A DNA stretch of 33,070 nt from a virus (lineage: Duplodnaviria > Heunggongvirae > Uroviricota > Caudoviricetes). The notes below the pieces were generated by a model that saw only the letters and a program-made list of their open reading frames with translations, did no database searches and had not been told where the DNA came from. The stretch is from positions 1-33,070 of the IMG/VR virus record IMGVR_UViG_2698536341_000022. One strand, given 5' to 3'. Of this stretch, positions 1-8,226 are shown piece after piece; the first letter of the stretch is position 1, and each line of letters starts with the position of its first letter. A program made the position numbers and the translations under genes.

Positions 1-1053
1 TTACGGGGTAATGCCAACCGCTGCCGCCACTTTGTCGCCACTTGGCAGCGTTGCCAGAGGATTGAAACGGAGCGCCGTTTCCAGATGATCCGGTGCCAGA
101 TGTGCGTAACGCATAGTCATTTTTATATCGTGGTGTCCGAGAATTTTTTGTAAGGCCAGAATGTTTCCACCCGACATCATGAAGTGCGCCGCAAACGTAT
201 GGCGCAGAACGTGTGTGAGTTGACCGCGAGGGAGTACGATAGACGTTTTTTCCATCACGGATAAAAATTGAAAATAGCAGTCTGTGAAGAAATTGAACCC
301 ATCAAGCGCCATGATCTCTTCGTAAAGCTCTTTACTGATAGGGATGCTTCTGTTTTTCTTCCCCTTCGTTCTGACAAAGGTAATTCGGTATTTGGTCACC
401 TGTGAGCGGGTAAGATTTACGGCTTCACGCCAGCGTGCGCCTGTGCTTAAGCATATCTTAACTACCAGTGCCAGAATTGGGTCCTGACGTTTGCAATCAG
501 CCAGCAATTCAACAATCTGCTCATGGGTAAGCCATGCCATCTCTTTTTCTGCGATGGTGAATTTTCGCATGTTCTCCAGTGGGTTCGGATACGACCATTC
601 GCCCAGACGGGATAGTTCGCTAAAAACACTACTTAGATAGCTTTGCTCCAGGTTAATGGTGACCGGGCTTGCTCCTTTCTTCCATTTCTCGCTGAAGTAG
701 ATCTCGCCTGTCAGGCGTTTATCTCGATAGTGGGCAAACATTTTAGAGGTGAGATCGGTTGCAAGAGGATTGCCCAGAGCGTCAACCATCAACAGCAATT
801 TGTCATAGACATGCTGCCCAGCTGTCAGAGATTTACCATGTAGTTTGAACCATAGCTCAACCACGTCTTTCAGTGTTCGACGATCCACTGATTCACCCAG
901 CCAGGGCTTTGCTTCGGTTTCTTCCATCGTGTGGCGCTCAAAAGCCAGTGCTTCGCCTTTGGTGACGAATTGTTTACGCACACGACGCCCACTTCGTCCG
1001 GCGGGGTAACATTCGCAAAGCCATTTCCCAGTGGTGAGTTTTCGTACTGCCAT
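1..1053 (-). CDS. int: Tyrosine-type site-specific integrase, P2/186 family (350 aa); stop codon at window positions 1-3
   Basis: Track ORF 1..1209(-); N-terminus MAVRKLTTGKWLCECYPAGRSGRRVRKQF matches my recollection of P2/186 integrases, so start taken at ATG 1053 (Met53 of the ORF). C-terminal region HVLRHTFAAHFMMSGG...MRYAHL is typical of tyrosine recombinases. Confidence 0.9.
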   Translation of the reverse strand: MAVRKLTTGKWLCECYPAGRSGRRVRKQFVTKGEALAFERHTMEETEAKPWLGESVDRRTLKDVVELWFKLHGKSLTAGQHVYDKLLLMVDALGNPLATDLTSKMFAHYRDKRLTGEIYFSEKWKKGASPVTINLEQSYLSSVFSELSRLGEWSYPNPLENMRKFTIAEKEMAWLTHEQIVELLADCKRQDPILALVVKICLSTGARWREAVNLTRSQVTKYRITFVRTKGKKNRSIPISKELYEEIMALDGFNFFTDCYFQFLSVMEKTSIVLPRGQLTHVLRHTFAAHFMMSGGNILALQKILGHHDIKMTMRYAHLAPDHLETALRFNPLATLPSGDKVAAAVGITP

Positions 1054-1241
1054 AAAAAATGCCCTCCAGTAGAGAGCATTTTCACTGTATGTATAACCAG
1101 TGTCAATGTATGAAATCCTACGACCATACATCTCACTGAAGCCATAATTAAGTTGGCTATTCTTTTTGCTATGTGAGCATGTAACTTTTGCGGTTAACCT
1201 GCGGCTCATTTTTATTTTAGACGCAGATATAAAAGCAAAAG

Positions 1242-1433
1242 TTATCGTGAGTTTTTAGTACAGATTTTTTTGGATTTACTAATAGTTCCATCATTGCAAA
1301 CGAATTTGCCATCTGAGGTACAGTGAGAAACACCTCCCTTTTTCCCTGAGCAGGGATAATTTCTAGCATAGGTAGTTAGTGGGTTTAATAACAAAGAACA
1401 TGACAAAACCACAAAAAATACCTTACCAAGCAT
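1242..1433 (-). CDS. Small predicted secreted cysteine-containing protein (63 aa), encoded between cI and int
   Basis: Track ORF; strong RBS (GGAGGAAAC) upstream of ATG 1433; N-terminal hydrophobic signal-like segment [14 protein letters not shown] followed by a Cys/Lys/Gly-rich mature part; AT-rich relative to flanking phage genes. Confidence 0.55.
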   Translation of the reverse strand: MLGKVFFVVLSCSLLLNPLTTYARNYPCSGKKGGVSHCTSDGKFVCNDGTISKSKKICTKNSR

Positions 1434-1448
1434 AGTTTCCTCCCGGTA

Positions 1449-2018
1449 CTATTTAACATACTTGACTGTTAAACTTATAATTTTACCAATTATTTCAATG
1501 TCTTCTATCTTGCATTCGAAGGCTCTGTTTCCACCCTCGACGAAGATTCTTCCACCGGGTAAACGAGTAATGTCACGGATAGTTATTTCGCCATCAATAC
1601 TTATTACCCATTTACCATCACGTATATCATCAAATTCTTTATCACAAATAAATTCAGAATTGTTATCTGTGATGACAAAAGGTTTTTTAAACGTAGAGGG
1701 TAGAAATCCCTTATCAAAAATATAAAAACCGTCTTTCTGCAATGCTCCATCAGACAATAAATATTTTTCTACTTCTATAGTATTTGTATTTGCTGATGCT
1801 TGCTTTGAACCATGCCCTGTTGTTAGCCAATTAAGCGAGGTGCCCGTTTCAAGGGCGCACTGGATTACCCAATCTGCTGGAAAAATATCACGCATATAGC
1901 GCGTTGCCATGGTGCTCTTAGAAACACCTAAATGATCACATAGAGCCTGACGGGTACCGAACCCATATGCTTCAACTAAACGTTCTATGGCTTTCTTACC
2001 GCCGCTATTGAAATCCAC
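1449..2018 (-). CDS. cI: Immunity repressor CI (phage 186 type)
   Basis: Track ORF 1449..2105(-); segment RLVEAYGF...CALETGTSLNWLTTG resembles my recollection of the 186 CI N-terminal domain; position between int and apl. Start uncertain: GTG 2018 has a GGAGGA RBS; the maximal ORF starts at GTG 2105 with no RBS. Confidence 0.75.
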   Translation of the reverse strand: MDFNSGGKKAIERLVEAYGFGTRQALCDHLGVSKSTMATRYMRDIFPADWVIQCALETGTSLNWLTTGHGSKQASANTNTIEVEKYLLSDGALQKDGFYIFDKGFLPSTFKKPFVITDNNSEFICDKEFDDIRDGKWVISIDGEITIRDITRLPGGRIFVEGGNRAFECKIEDIEIIGKIISLTVKYVK

Positions 2019-2163
2019 AAGTCCTCCAAAGAAATCCAAAATTCGTTGACAGATTCCAAAAGCGATCTTAAAGTTGAACCAGAAGTGTTCTTTTGGAGCC
2101 TTCACTACTAATCACGACAAACAACGGCTCGCCACAAGCCATATCTAGAAGGAATGTTGCCTT

Positions 2164-2367
2164 ATGACACCTAACATTTCAATTACTCTGAATACACCAC
2201 ATGTCACAATCGAACGTTATAGCGAACTGACTGGCCTTTCTATTGATACGATTAACGACATGTTGGCTGATGGCCGACTACCTCGTCATCGTCTTCGTAA
2301 AGACAAAAAACGTGAAAAGGTAATGATTAACATGGCTGCTCTGACTGTTGATGCTTTGTCTGCTTAA
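2164..2367 (+). CDS. apl: Apl/Cox-like excisionase and lytic-switch regulator (67 aa)
   Basis: Small basic ORF divergent from cI and first gene of the rightward early operon; assignment is by position and size relative to 186 apl / P2 cox. Confidence 0.65.
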   Translation: MTPNISITLNTPHVTIERYSELTGLSIDTINDMLADGRLPRHRLRKDKKREKVMINMAALTVDALSA

Positions 2368-2431
2368 TAGACGTCTATTTTCGCAATAAGACGCTGAGTT
2401 CGATTTTGCGATAAGTTCGGAGTTGAAAACC

Positions 2432-2941
2432 ATGTTTGATTACCAAGTTTCCAAACATCCACATTTTGATGAAGCCTGTCGTGCATTCACACTGCGCCAC
2501 AATCTGGTGCAACTGGCAGAACGTGCGGGCATGAATGTGCAGATTCTGCGGAACAAGCTGAACCCAGCTCAACCTCATTTATTAACCGCACCAGAAATCT
2601 GGCTGCTTACCGATCTGACTGAAGATTCAACGTTGGTAGATGGTTTTCTGGCACAGATTCATTGTCTGCCATGTGTACCGATTAATGAGGTAGCAAAAGA
2701 GAAACTGCCGCATTACGTCATGAGCGCAACTGCAGAGATCGGGCGTGTTGCAGCAGGTGCGGTATCTGGTGATGTAAAAACTAGTGCCGGTCGTCGTGAT
2801 GCTATCAGCAGCATTAACTCTGTAACACGACTGATGGCGCTGGCTGCTGTTTCATTGCAGGCCCGTTTACAGGCTAATCCTGCGATGGCGAGTGCAGTTG
2901 ATACCGTGACTGGCCTCGGTGCTTCATTCGGTTTGCTGTGA
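2432..2941 (+). CDS. cII: CII lysogeny-establishment activator (phage 186 type, 169 aa)
   Basis: Protein from ATG 2432 ([19 protein letters not shown]...[25 protein letters not shown]...GASFGLL) closely matches my recollection of 186 CII; RBS GGAG upstream. The track ORF begins 9 nt earlier at a TTG. Confidence 0.85.
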   Translation: MFDYQVSKHPHFDEACRAFTLRHNLVQLAERAGMNVQILRNKLNPAQPHLLTAPEIWLLTDLTEDSTLVDGFLAQIHCLPCVPINEVAKEKLPHYVMSATAEIGRVAAGAVSGDVKTSAGRRDAISSINSVTRLMALAAVSLQARLQANPAMASAVDTVTGLGASFGLL

Positions 2942-2948
2942 GGTGCTT

Positions 2949-3245
2949 ATGCTGACGAAAGAACCATCATTTGCATCGCTGCTGGTAAAACAAAGCCCGG
3001 CAATGCACTACGGTCACGGCTGGATCACGGGTGAGGATGGAAAACGCTGGCATCCATGTCATTCACAAGATGAATTGCTGTCTGAATTGACCACGAGGAA
3101 ACGGAGAAAGTCCAAATGTATGCGGCAGAAAGTGAAGTGGTTTATCAGTTTCGTTACAGAGGGGAGAGTTATTCAGTACCTGAAGATGATTTGCTCTGTT
3201 GCTATCCGTCATTGTCGGGCGATGGCAGTTACTTTTTCACGTTAA
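2949..3245 (+). CDS. Hypothetical early protein (99 aa); overlaps next ORF in another frame
   Basis: Track ORF 2919..3245; ATG 2949 with GAGGTG RBS directly after the cII stop. The C-terminal third reads like the alternate frame of the next ORF, so the true extent is uncertain. Confidence 0.35.
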   Translation: MLTKEPSFASLLVKQSPAMHYGHGWITGEDGKRWHPCHSQDELLSELTTRKRRKSKCMRQKVKWFISFVTEGRVIQYLKMICSVAIRHCRAMAVTFSR

Positions 3246-3340
3246 AGGATGGGACGTTTTTACGGGGAGAGCAGGTTAAAGAGACGATACGAAAAAATGT
3301 ATCTCCTCTTGAGCGTTACCGTAAGAACAAAGAACGATAG
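3116..3340 (+). CDS. Hypothetical early protein (74 aa)
   Basis: Track ORF with GGAGAAAG RBS upstream of ATG 3116; compositionally protein-like; occupies the position of the fil/dhr-type small genes of 186-like phages (position only). Confidence 0.45.
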   Translation: MYAAESEVVYQFRYRGESYSVPEDDLLCCYPSLSGDGSYFFTLKDGTFLRGEQVKETIRKNVSPLERYRKNKER

Positions 3341-3362
3341 CTGCGTTTGGGGGATATGAAGT

Positions 3363-3704
3363 ATGGCAATTAATGGCGCTGCAGCAACTGTTCCATTAAG
3401 CCCCGGTGAACGCCTGAATGGACTTAATCACATTGCAGAGTTAAGGGCGAAAGTTTTTGGCCTGAATATTGAGTCAGAGCTTGAGCGGTTTATTAAAGAT
3501 ATGCGTGATCCACGGGATAGCAATAATGAACAAAATAAACGGGCACTGGCTGCCATATTCTTTATGGCAAAAATTCCAGCTGAACGTCATAGCATCAGCA
3601 TTAATGAGCTGACCACTGACGAAAAGCGGGAGCTGATTAAAGCAATGAATCATTTTCGTGCAGTGGTGAGCTTATTTCCCAGACGGCTAACCATGCCGAA
3701 TTAA
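3363..3704 (+). CDS. Hypothetical early protein (113 aa)
   Basis: Track ORF, ATG start, part of the co-directional early operon. Confidence 0.6.
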   Translation: MAINGAAATVPLSPGERLNGLNHIAELRAKVFGLNIESELERFIKDMRDPRDSNNEQNKRALAAIFFMAKIPAERHSISINELTTDEKRELIKAMNHFRAVVSLFPRRLTMPN

Positions 3705-3771
3705 CCAACTAATGAAATTAATGGCGTAAACCCGCCGGGCATCCCTTTATCTAAATTCAGGAGAATTGATT

Positions 3772-4005
3772 ATGCGTAATATTGAAACCCTCACGACTAA
3801 AACCGGACCGGATGACGCAGGGCTTAATATTTTACTGACAGAGGCTCGTCTGGAAGAACGCCGGGCAAGGGCTGAAGCAATGGCTGCTCGCCTTGATAGC
3901 CTGGCGTGTCATATCACATCCCGCCAGCTAACCCACGTGGAAGCGGCAGAACTGCTGCGCGTGACTGCTGAAGCAATCCAGAACGAAGCGCAGGAGATCC
4001 ACTAA
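3772..4005 (+). CDS. Hypothetical early protein (77 aa)
   Basis: Track ORF 3766..4005; ATG 3772 preceded by AGGAG; its stop overlaps the next start (TAATG). Confidence 0.55.
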   Translation: MRNIETLTTKTGPDDAGLNILLTEARLEERRARAEAMAARLDSLACHITSRQLTHVEAAELLRVTAEAIQNEAQEIH

Positions 4006-4232
4006 TGGCTGATGCAATGGATCTCGTACAGCAGCGCGTTGAAGAAGAACGCCAGCGCCATATCCGTGCAGCCCGTGCCAAATCACCGGGCGTGTCACGC
4101 GTACTTTGCATTGAATGTGAAGCGCCAATTCCGCCAGCACGACGCCGCGCCATTCCGGGAGTGCAGCTTTGCATTACCTGTCAGGAAATCGCAGAACTGA
4201 AAGGCAAACATTACAACGGAGGTGCTGTATGA
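4005..4232 (+). CDS. TraR/DksA-family C4 zinc-finger protein (75 aa)
   Basis: CxxC...CxxC arrangement (CIECEAPIPPARRRAIPGVQLCITCQ) typical of phage TraR/DksA-like zinc fingers; translationally coupled on both sides. Confidence 0.75.
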   Translation: MADAMDLVQQRVEEERQRHIRAARAKSPGVSRVLCIECEAPIPPARRRAIPGVQLCITCQEIAELKGKHYNGGAV

Positions 4233-5086
4233 GCACCATCCTGAAATGGGCGGGAAATAAAACCGCCATTATGCCAGAACTGAAAAAATACCTTCCTGCT
4301 GGCCCGCGACTGGTTGAACCTTTCGCGGGTTCCTGTGCTGTGATGATGGAAACGGATTATCCCAGCTATCTGGTTGCGGATATTAATCCTGATTTAATCA
4401 ACCTCTATAAAAAGGTTTCCGCTGATTGTGAATCGTTTATATCTCGCGCCAGAGTTTTATTTGAGATCGCAAACAGGGAGGTGGCTTATTACAACATAAG
4501 GCAGGAGTTTAACTGCTCAACTGAAATTACTGATTTCATGAAAGCGGTATATTTCCTGTATCTTAATCGTCACGGTTACCGTGGTTTATGTCGCTATAAC
4601 AAGAGCGGGCATTTCAACATCCCCTACGGTAATTATAAAAATCCGTATTTCCCTGAAAAAGAACTTCGCACATTTGCAGAAAAAGCCCAGCGAGCAACGT
4701 TTATCTGCGCCAGCTTTGATGAAACGCTGGCGATGTTGAAGGCGGGAGATGTGGTGTATTGCGATCCGCCGTATGACGGTACGTTTTCCGGCTATCACAC
4801 TGATGGTTTCACTGAAGATGACCAGTATCACCTGGCATCCGTTCTTGAACATCGGTCATCAGAAGGACATCCAGTCATTGTTTCTAACAGTGACACATCC
4901 CTGATCCGTTCGCTGTATCGCAATTTTACTCACCACTATATCAAGGTAAAACGCAGCATCGGTGTGGCAGCTGGCGAGGGTAAATCAGCAACAGAAATCA
5001 TTGCTGTTTCCGGGCCGCGCTGCTGGATGGGATTTGATTATTCGCGTGGCGTGGATAGTTCTGCCGTGTACGGAGTACGTGCATGA
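4229..5086 (+). CDS. dam: DNA adenine methyltransferase, Dam-like (285 aa)
   Basis: ATG 4229 with GGAGG RBS; motifs LKWAGNK, EPFAGS and the catalytic DPPY tetrad are hallmarks of N6-adenine (GATC-type) methylases; ATGA overlaps with flanking genes. Confidence 0.85.
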   Translation: MSTILKWAGNKTAIMPELKKYLPAGPRLVEPFAGSCAVMMETDYPSYLVADINPDLINLYKKVSADCESFISRARVLFEIANREVAYYNIRQEFNCSTEITDFMKAVYFLYLNRHGYRGLCRYNKSGHFNIPYGNYKNPYFPEKELRTFAEKAQRATFICASFDETLAMLKAGDVVYCDPPYDGTFSGYHTDGFTEDDQYHLASVLEHRSSEGHPVIVSNSDTSLIRSLYRNFTHHYIKVKRSIGVAAGEGKSATEIIAVSGPRCWMGFDYSRGVDSSAVYGVRA

Positions 5087-7497
5087 GTCATGCCGATATG
5101 AACAACTGCTGCGGCTTTAACGAGGCTGCTGCAGCATTCTCATGGAACAGCCCGAAAAAGGCCATTAACCCTTATCTGGACCCGGCGGAAGTTGCGCCGG
5201 TTTCTACGCTTTCAAACCTGATCACTCTGTACGCTGCCGATAACGAGCAGGAACAGTTGCGCCGCGAGGCACTGAGTGATCAGGTCTGGGAGCGTTATTT
5301 CTTTAATGAATCACGTGATCCTGTCCAGCGCGAAATGGAGCAGGATAAGCTCATTAGCCGGGCAAAGCTGGCGCATGAGCAGCAGCGTTTTAATTCAGAC
5401 ATGGTCATTCTGGCGGACGTCAACGCCCAGCCTTCCCATATCAGCAAGCCGCTGATGCAACGTATTGAATACTTCAGCAGCCTGGGCAAGCCAAAGGCTT
5501 ATTCCCGCTATTTACGTGAGACGATTAAGCCATGTCTGGAACGACTGGAGCATGTACGCGACAGTCAGCTATCTGCATCTTTTCGCTTTATGGCAAGCCA
5601 TGAAGGGCTGGACGGCCTGCTGATCCTGCCTGAAATGAGTCAGGATCAGGTGAAACGCCTGTCCACCCTGGTAGCTGCGCATATGAGTATGTGCCTTGAT
5701 GCAGCTTGTGGTGATTTGTATGCCACCGATGACGTTAAGCCAGAAGAAATCCGCAAGACATGGGAAAAGGTGGCAGCGGAAACCCTGCGTCTGGATGTCA
5801 TCCCACCTGCGTTTGAGCAACTCCGTCGGAAAAGAAACCGCCGTAAACCCGTGCCCTATGAACTCATTCCGGGTTCGTTGGCGCGTATGTTGTGTGCCGA
5901 CTGGTGGTATCGGAAATTATGGAAGATGCGTTGTGAATGGCGGGAAGAGCAGTTGCGTGCTGTCTGCCTGGTCAGCAAAAAAGCATCCCCCTATGTCAGC
6001 TATGAAGCCGTGATGCATAAACGTGAGCAGCGCCGTAAGTCGCTGGAGTTTTTCCGTTCTCATGAACTGGTGAACGAAGACGGCGACACGCTGGATATGG
6101 AAGATGTGGTAAACGCCAGCAGCAGCAACCCGGCGCATCGCCGCAATGAGATGATGGCCTGTGTTAAAGGTCTGGAGCTTATCGCGGAAATGCGCAGTGA
6201 CTGCGCCGTTTTCTACACTATCACCTGTCCGTCGCGTTTCCATTCCACGCTCAATAACGGCAGACCCAACCCGACCTGGACAAACTCGACGGTAAGACAA
6301 AGCAGCGACTATCTGGTCGGCATGTTTGCTGCATTTCGTAAGGCGATGCACAAAGCCGGATTGCGCTGGTATGGCGTGCGGGTGGCTGAGCCGCATCATG
6401 ACGGTACAGTTCACTGGCACCTGTTGTGTTTTATGCGCAAAAAAGACCGCCGCGCCATCACTGCATTACTGCGTAAGTTTGCCATCCGTGAAGACCGCGA
6501 GGAGCTGGGCAATAACACTGGGCCGCGCTTTAAGTCTGAGTTGATTAACCCGCGCAAAGGAACGCCGACAAGCTACATCGCGAAATATATCAGTAAGAAC
6601 ATTGACGGGCGTGGTCTGGCTGGCGAGATCAGCAAGGAAACGGGTAAATCTCTGCGTGATAACGCTGAATACGTTAATGTCTGGGCGTCTCTGCATCGTG
6701 TTCAGCAATTCCGCTTCTTTGGCATTCCGGGGCGTCAGGCTTACCGTGAACTGCGATTGCTGGCTGGTCAGGCGGCAAGGCAACAGGGTGACAAAAAAGC
6801 AGGTGCTCCGGTACTGGATAACCCGCGCCTTGATGCCATTCTGGCTGCTGCTGATGCTGGCTGTTTTGCCACCTACATTATGAAGCAGGGCGGCGTGTTG
6901 GTTCCCCGCAAATATCACTTGATCAGAACCGCTTATGAAATCAACGAAGAGCCGACAGCCTATGGCGATCACGGCATTCGTATTTATGGCATCTGGTCAC
7001 CCATTGCAGAGGGCAAGATCTGCACTCATGCAGTGAAGTGGAAAATGGTTCGTAAGGCCGTTGACGTTCAGGAGGCGGCAGCCGACCAGGGCGCTTGCGC
7101 CCCTTGGACTCGTGGCAATAACTGTCCCCTTGCTGAAAATTTGTACCAACAAGGGAAAGACAAATCAGCTGATGGAGATACCAGAACTGATATCACCCGT
7201 ATGGATGACAAGGAGTTGCACGATTACCTGCACAGTATGAGCAAAAAAGAGCGCCGGGAACTGGCAGCAAGGTTACGCCTGGTGAAACCGAAACGGCGTA
7301 AAGACTACAAACAGCGAATTACAGATCATCAGCGACAGCAGCTCGTGTATGAACTGAAGTCCAGGGGATTTGATGGCAGCGAGAAAGAGGTCGATTTACT
7401 CCTTCGCGGCGGCAGTATTCCGTCAGGAGCAGGCCTGCGTATCTTCTATCGGAACCAGCGTTTGCAGGAAGATGATAAGTGGCGGAACCTGTATTAA
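5083..7497 (+). CDS. A: Replication initiation protein A (rolling-circle nicking endonuclease, P2 gpA / 186 RepA family, 804 aa)
   Basis: Size, position after the early operon and the HxH-containing segment (VHWHLLCF) fit P2 A-type replication proteins. Confidence 0.85.
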   Translation: MSHADMNNCCGFNEAAAAFSWNSPKKAINPYLDPAEVAPVSTLSNLITLYAADNEQEQLRREALSDQVWERYFFNESRDPVQREMEQDKLISRAKLAHEQQRFNSDMVILADVNAQPSHISKPLMQRIEYFSSLGKPKAYSRYLRETIKPCLERLEHVRDSQLSASFRFMASHEGLDGLLILPEMSQDQVKRLSTLVAAHMSMCLDAACGDLYATDDVKPEEIRKTWEKVAAETLRLDVIPPAFEQLRRKRNRRKPVPYELIPGSLARMLCADWWYRKLWKMRCEWREEQLRAVCLVSKKASPYVSYEAVMHKREQRRKSLEFFRSHELVNEDGDTLDMEDVVNASSSNPAHRRNEMMACVKGLELIAEMRSDCAVFYTITCPSRFHSTLNNGRPNPTWTNSTVRQSSDYLVGMFAAFRKAMHKAGLRWYGVRVAEPHHDGTVHWHLLCFMRKKDRRAITALLRKFAIREDREELGNNTGPRFKSELINPRKGTPTSYIAKYISKNIDGRGLAGEISKETGKSLRDNAEYVNVWASLHRVQQFRFFGIPGRQAYRELRLLAGQAARQQGDKKAGAPVLDNPRLDAILAAADAGCFATYIMKQGGVLVPRKYHLIRTAYEINEEPTAYGDHGIRIYGIWSPIAEGKICTHAVKWKMVRKAVDVQEAAADQGACAPWTRGNNCPLAENLYQQGKDKSADGDTRTDITRMDDKELHDYLHSMSKKERRELAARLRLVKPKRRKDYKQRITDHQRQQLVYELKSRGFDGSEKEVDLLLRGGSIPSGAGLRIFYRNQRLQEDDKWRNLY

Positions 7498-7589
7498 TTA
7501 CGCGGGTTAACAATTCGTGCTCTTAATAATACCAGGCATTTCTGGCTGATGAACGTAAAAAAACGTTTTACATCAGTAAGATTATTATA

Positions 7590-7609
7590 TACTGTAAATA
7601 TAAACAGTG
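7590..7609 (+). promoter_or_regulatory. LexA operator (SOS box) upstream of the tum/dinI-like operon
   Basis: tACTGTaaatataaACAGtg is a perfect CTGT-N8-ACAG match with an AT-rich spacer, 41 bp upstream of ATG 7650; an adjacent half-site ATACAGTA lies at 7617-7624. Confidence 0.8.
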
Positions 7610-7649
7610 GTTATGTATACAGTATCGCTTTGGTGTCATAGGAGGAAAG

Positions 7650-7838
7650 ATGCAGGACTATTTTTTGGAGTCTTTGAAGCTCCAGCGCATTGATTTTTTT
7701 CTTAAGCTTGTAGCGGCTAGTGAGTGTAGTGATGAAGAGAAGGGGCTGGCTCTGCAGTGGGTTTCTGAATTGACTGATGAACTCATGGCAAAAATCAGAA
7801 CCCACGAATACAACCGCTCAATGGATGTCATCAGTTGA
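7650..7838 (+). CDS. Small SOS-operon protein (62 aa), possible Tum-like antirepressor N-terminal module
   Basis: GGAGG RBS, ATG start, directly downstream of the LexA box and upstream of the DinI-like gene; function inferred from position only. Confidence 0.5.
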   Translation: MQDYFLESLKLQRIDFFLKLVAASECSDEEKGLALQWVSELTDELMAKIRTHEYNRSMDVIS

Positions 7839-7848
7839 GGTGACTTTT

Positions 7849-8082
7849 ATGCGCATTGAAATAATGATCGATAAAGAGCAGAAGATTAGCCAGTCTACCC
7901 TGGACGCCCTTGAATCCGAGCTTTACCGCAATCTGCGCCCCCTGTATCCCAAAACGGTAATTCGTATCCGCAAAGGTAGCTCTAACGGTGTGGAACTGAC
8001 CGGACTGCAACTGGATGAAGAAAGAAAACAAGTGATGAAAATTATGCAGAAAGTGTGGGAAGACGACAGCTGGCTGCATTAA
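7849..8082 (+). CDS. DinI-family protein (77 aa), likely the C-terminal-like half of a split 186 Tum-type antirepressor
   Basis: MRIEIMIDKEQ...LDALESEL...KQVMKIMQKVWEDDSW aligns along its length with my recollection of E. coli DinI (MRIEVTIAK...IDALAGEL...KQRISEILQETWESADDW); GAGG RBS before ATG 7849. Confidence 0.8.
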   Translation: MRIEIMIDKEQKISQSTLDALESELYRNLRPLYPKTVIRIRKGSSNGVELTGLQLDEERKQVMKIMQKVWEDDSWLH

Positions 8083-8193
8083 GAAACGTTGCCTCCAGGA
8101 GGATTCATTCTGATGGGGGCTAGTTTGGGCAACGAGTGAAACGAGGCGTAAGGTGGGCGGGCATTTTGATAAGTGATCGTCCGCTTTGTGCTA

Positions 8194-8213
8194 GAAGCGG
8201 TCGTTACCGCTTC
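8194..8213. terminator. Stem-loop between convergent dinI-like and herA genes (possible bidirectional terminator)
   Basis: Perfect 8-bp inverted repeat GAAGCGGT / ACCGCTTC with a 4-nt loop; flanking T-run is weak. Confidence 0.4.
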
Positions 8214-8226
8214 AGCACTTTGTTAA

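Noticed and set aside
4012-4200. 62-aa plus-strand ORF in the alternate frame of the TraR-like gene
   Set aside because: Same strand but a different frame from a zinc-finger ORF with clear CxxC pairs and translational coupling; the alternate frame has no RBS.
5917-6972. Long minus-strand ORFs (167 and 168 aa) inside replication gene A
   Set aside because: They lie fully antisense to a well-supported 804-aa gene, have no RBS and a low-complexity Arg/Ala-rich composition typical of antisense frames in GC-rich coding DNA.
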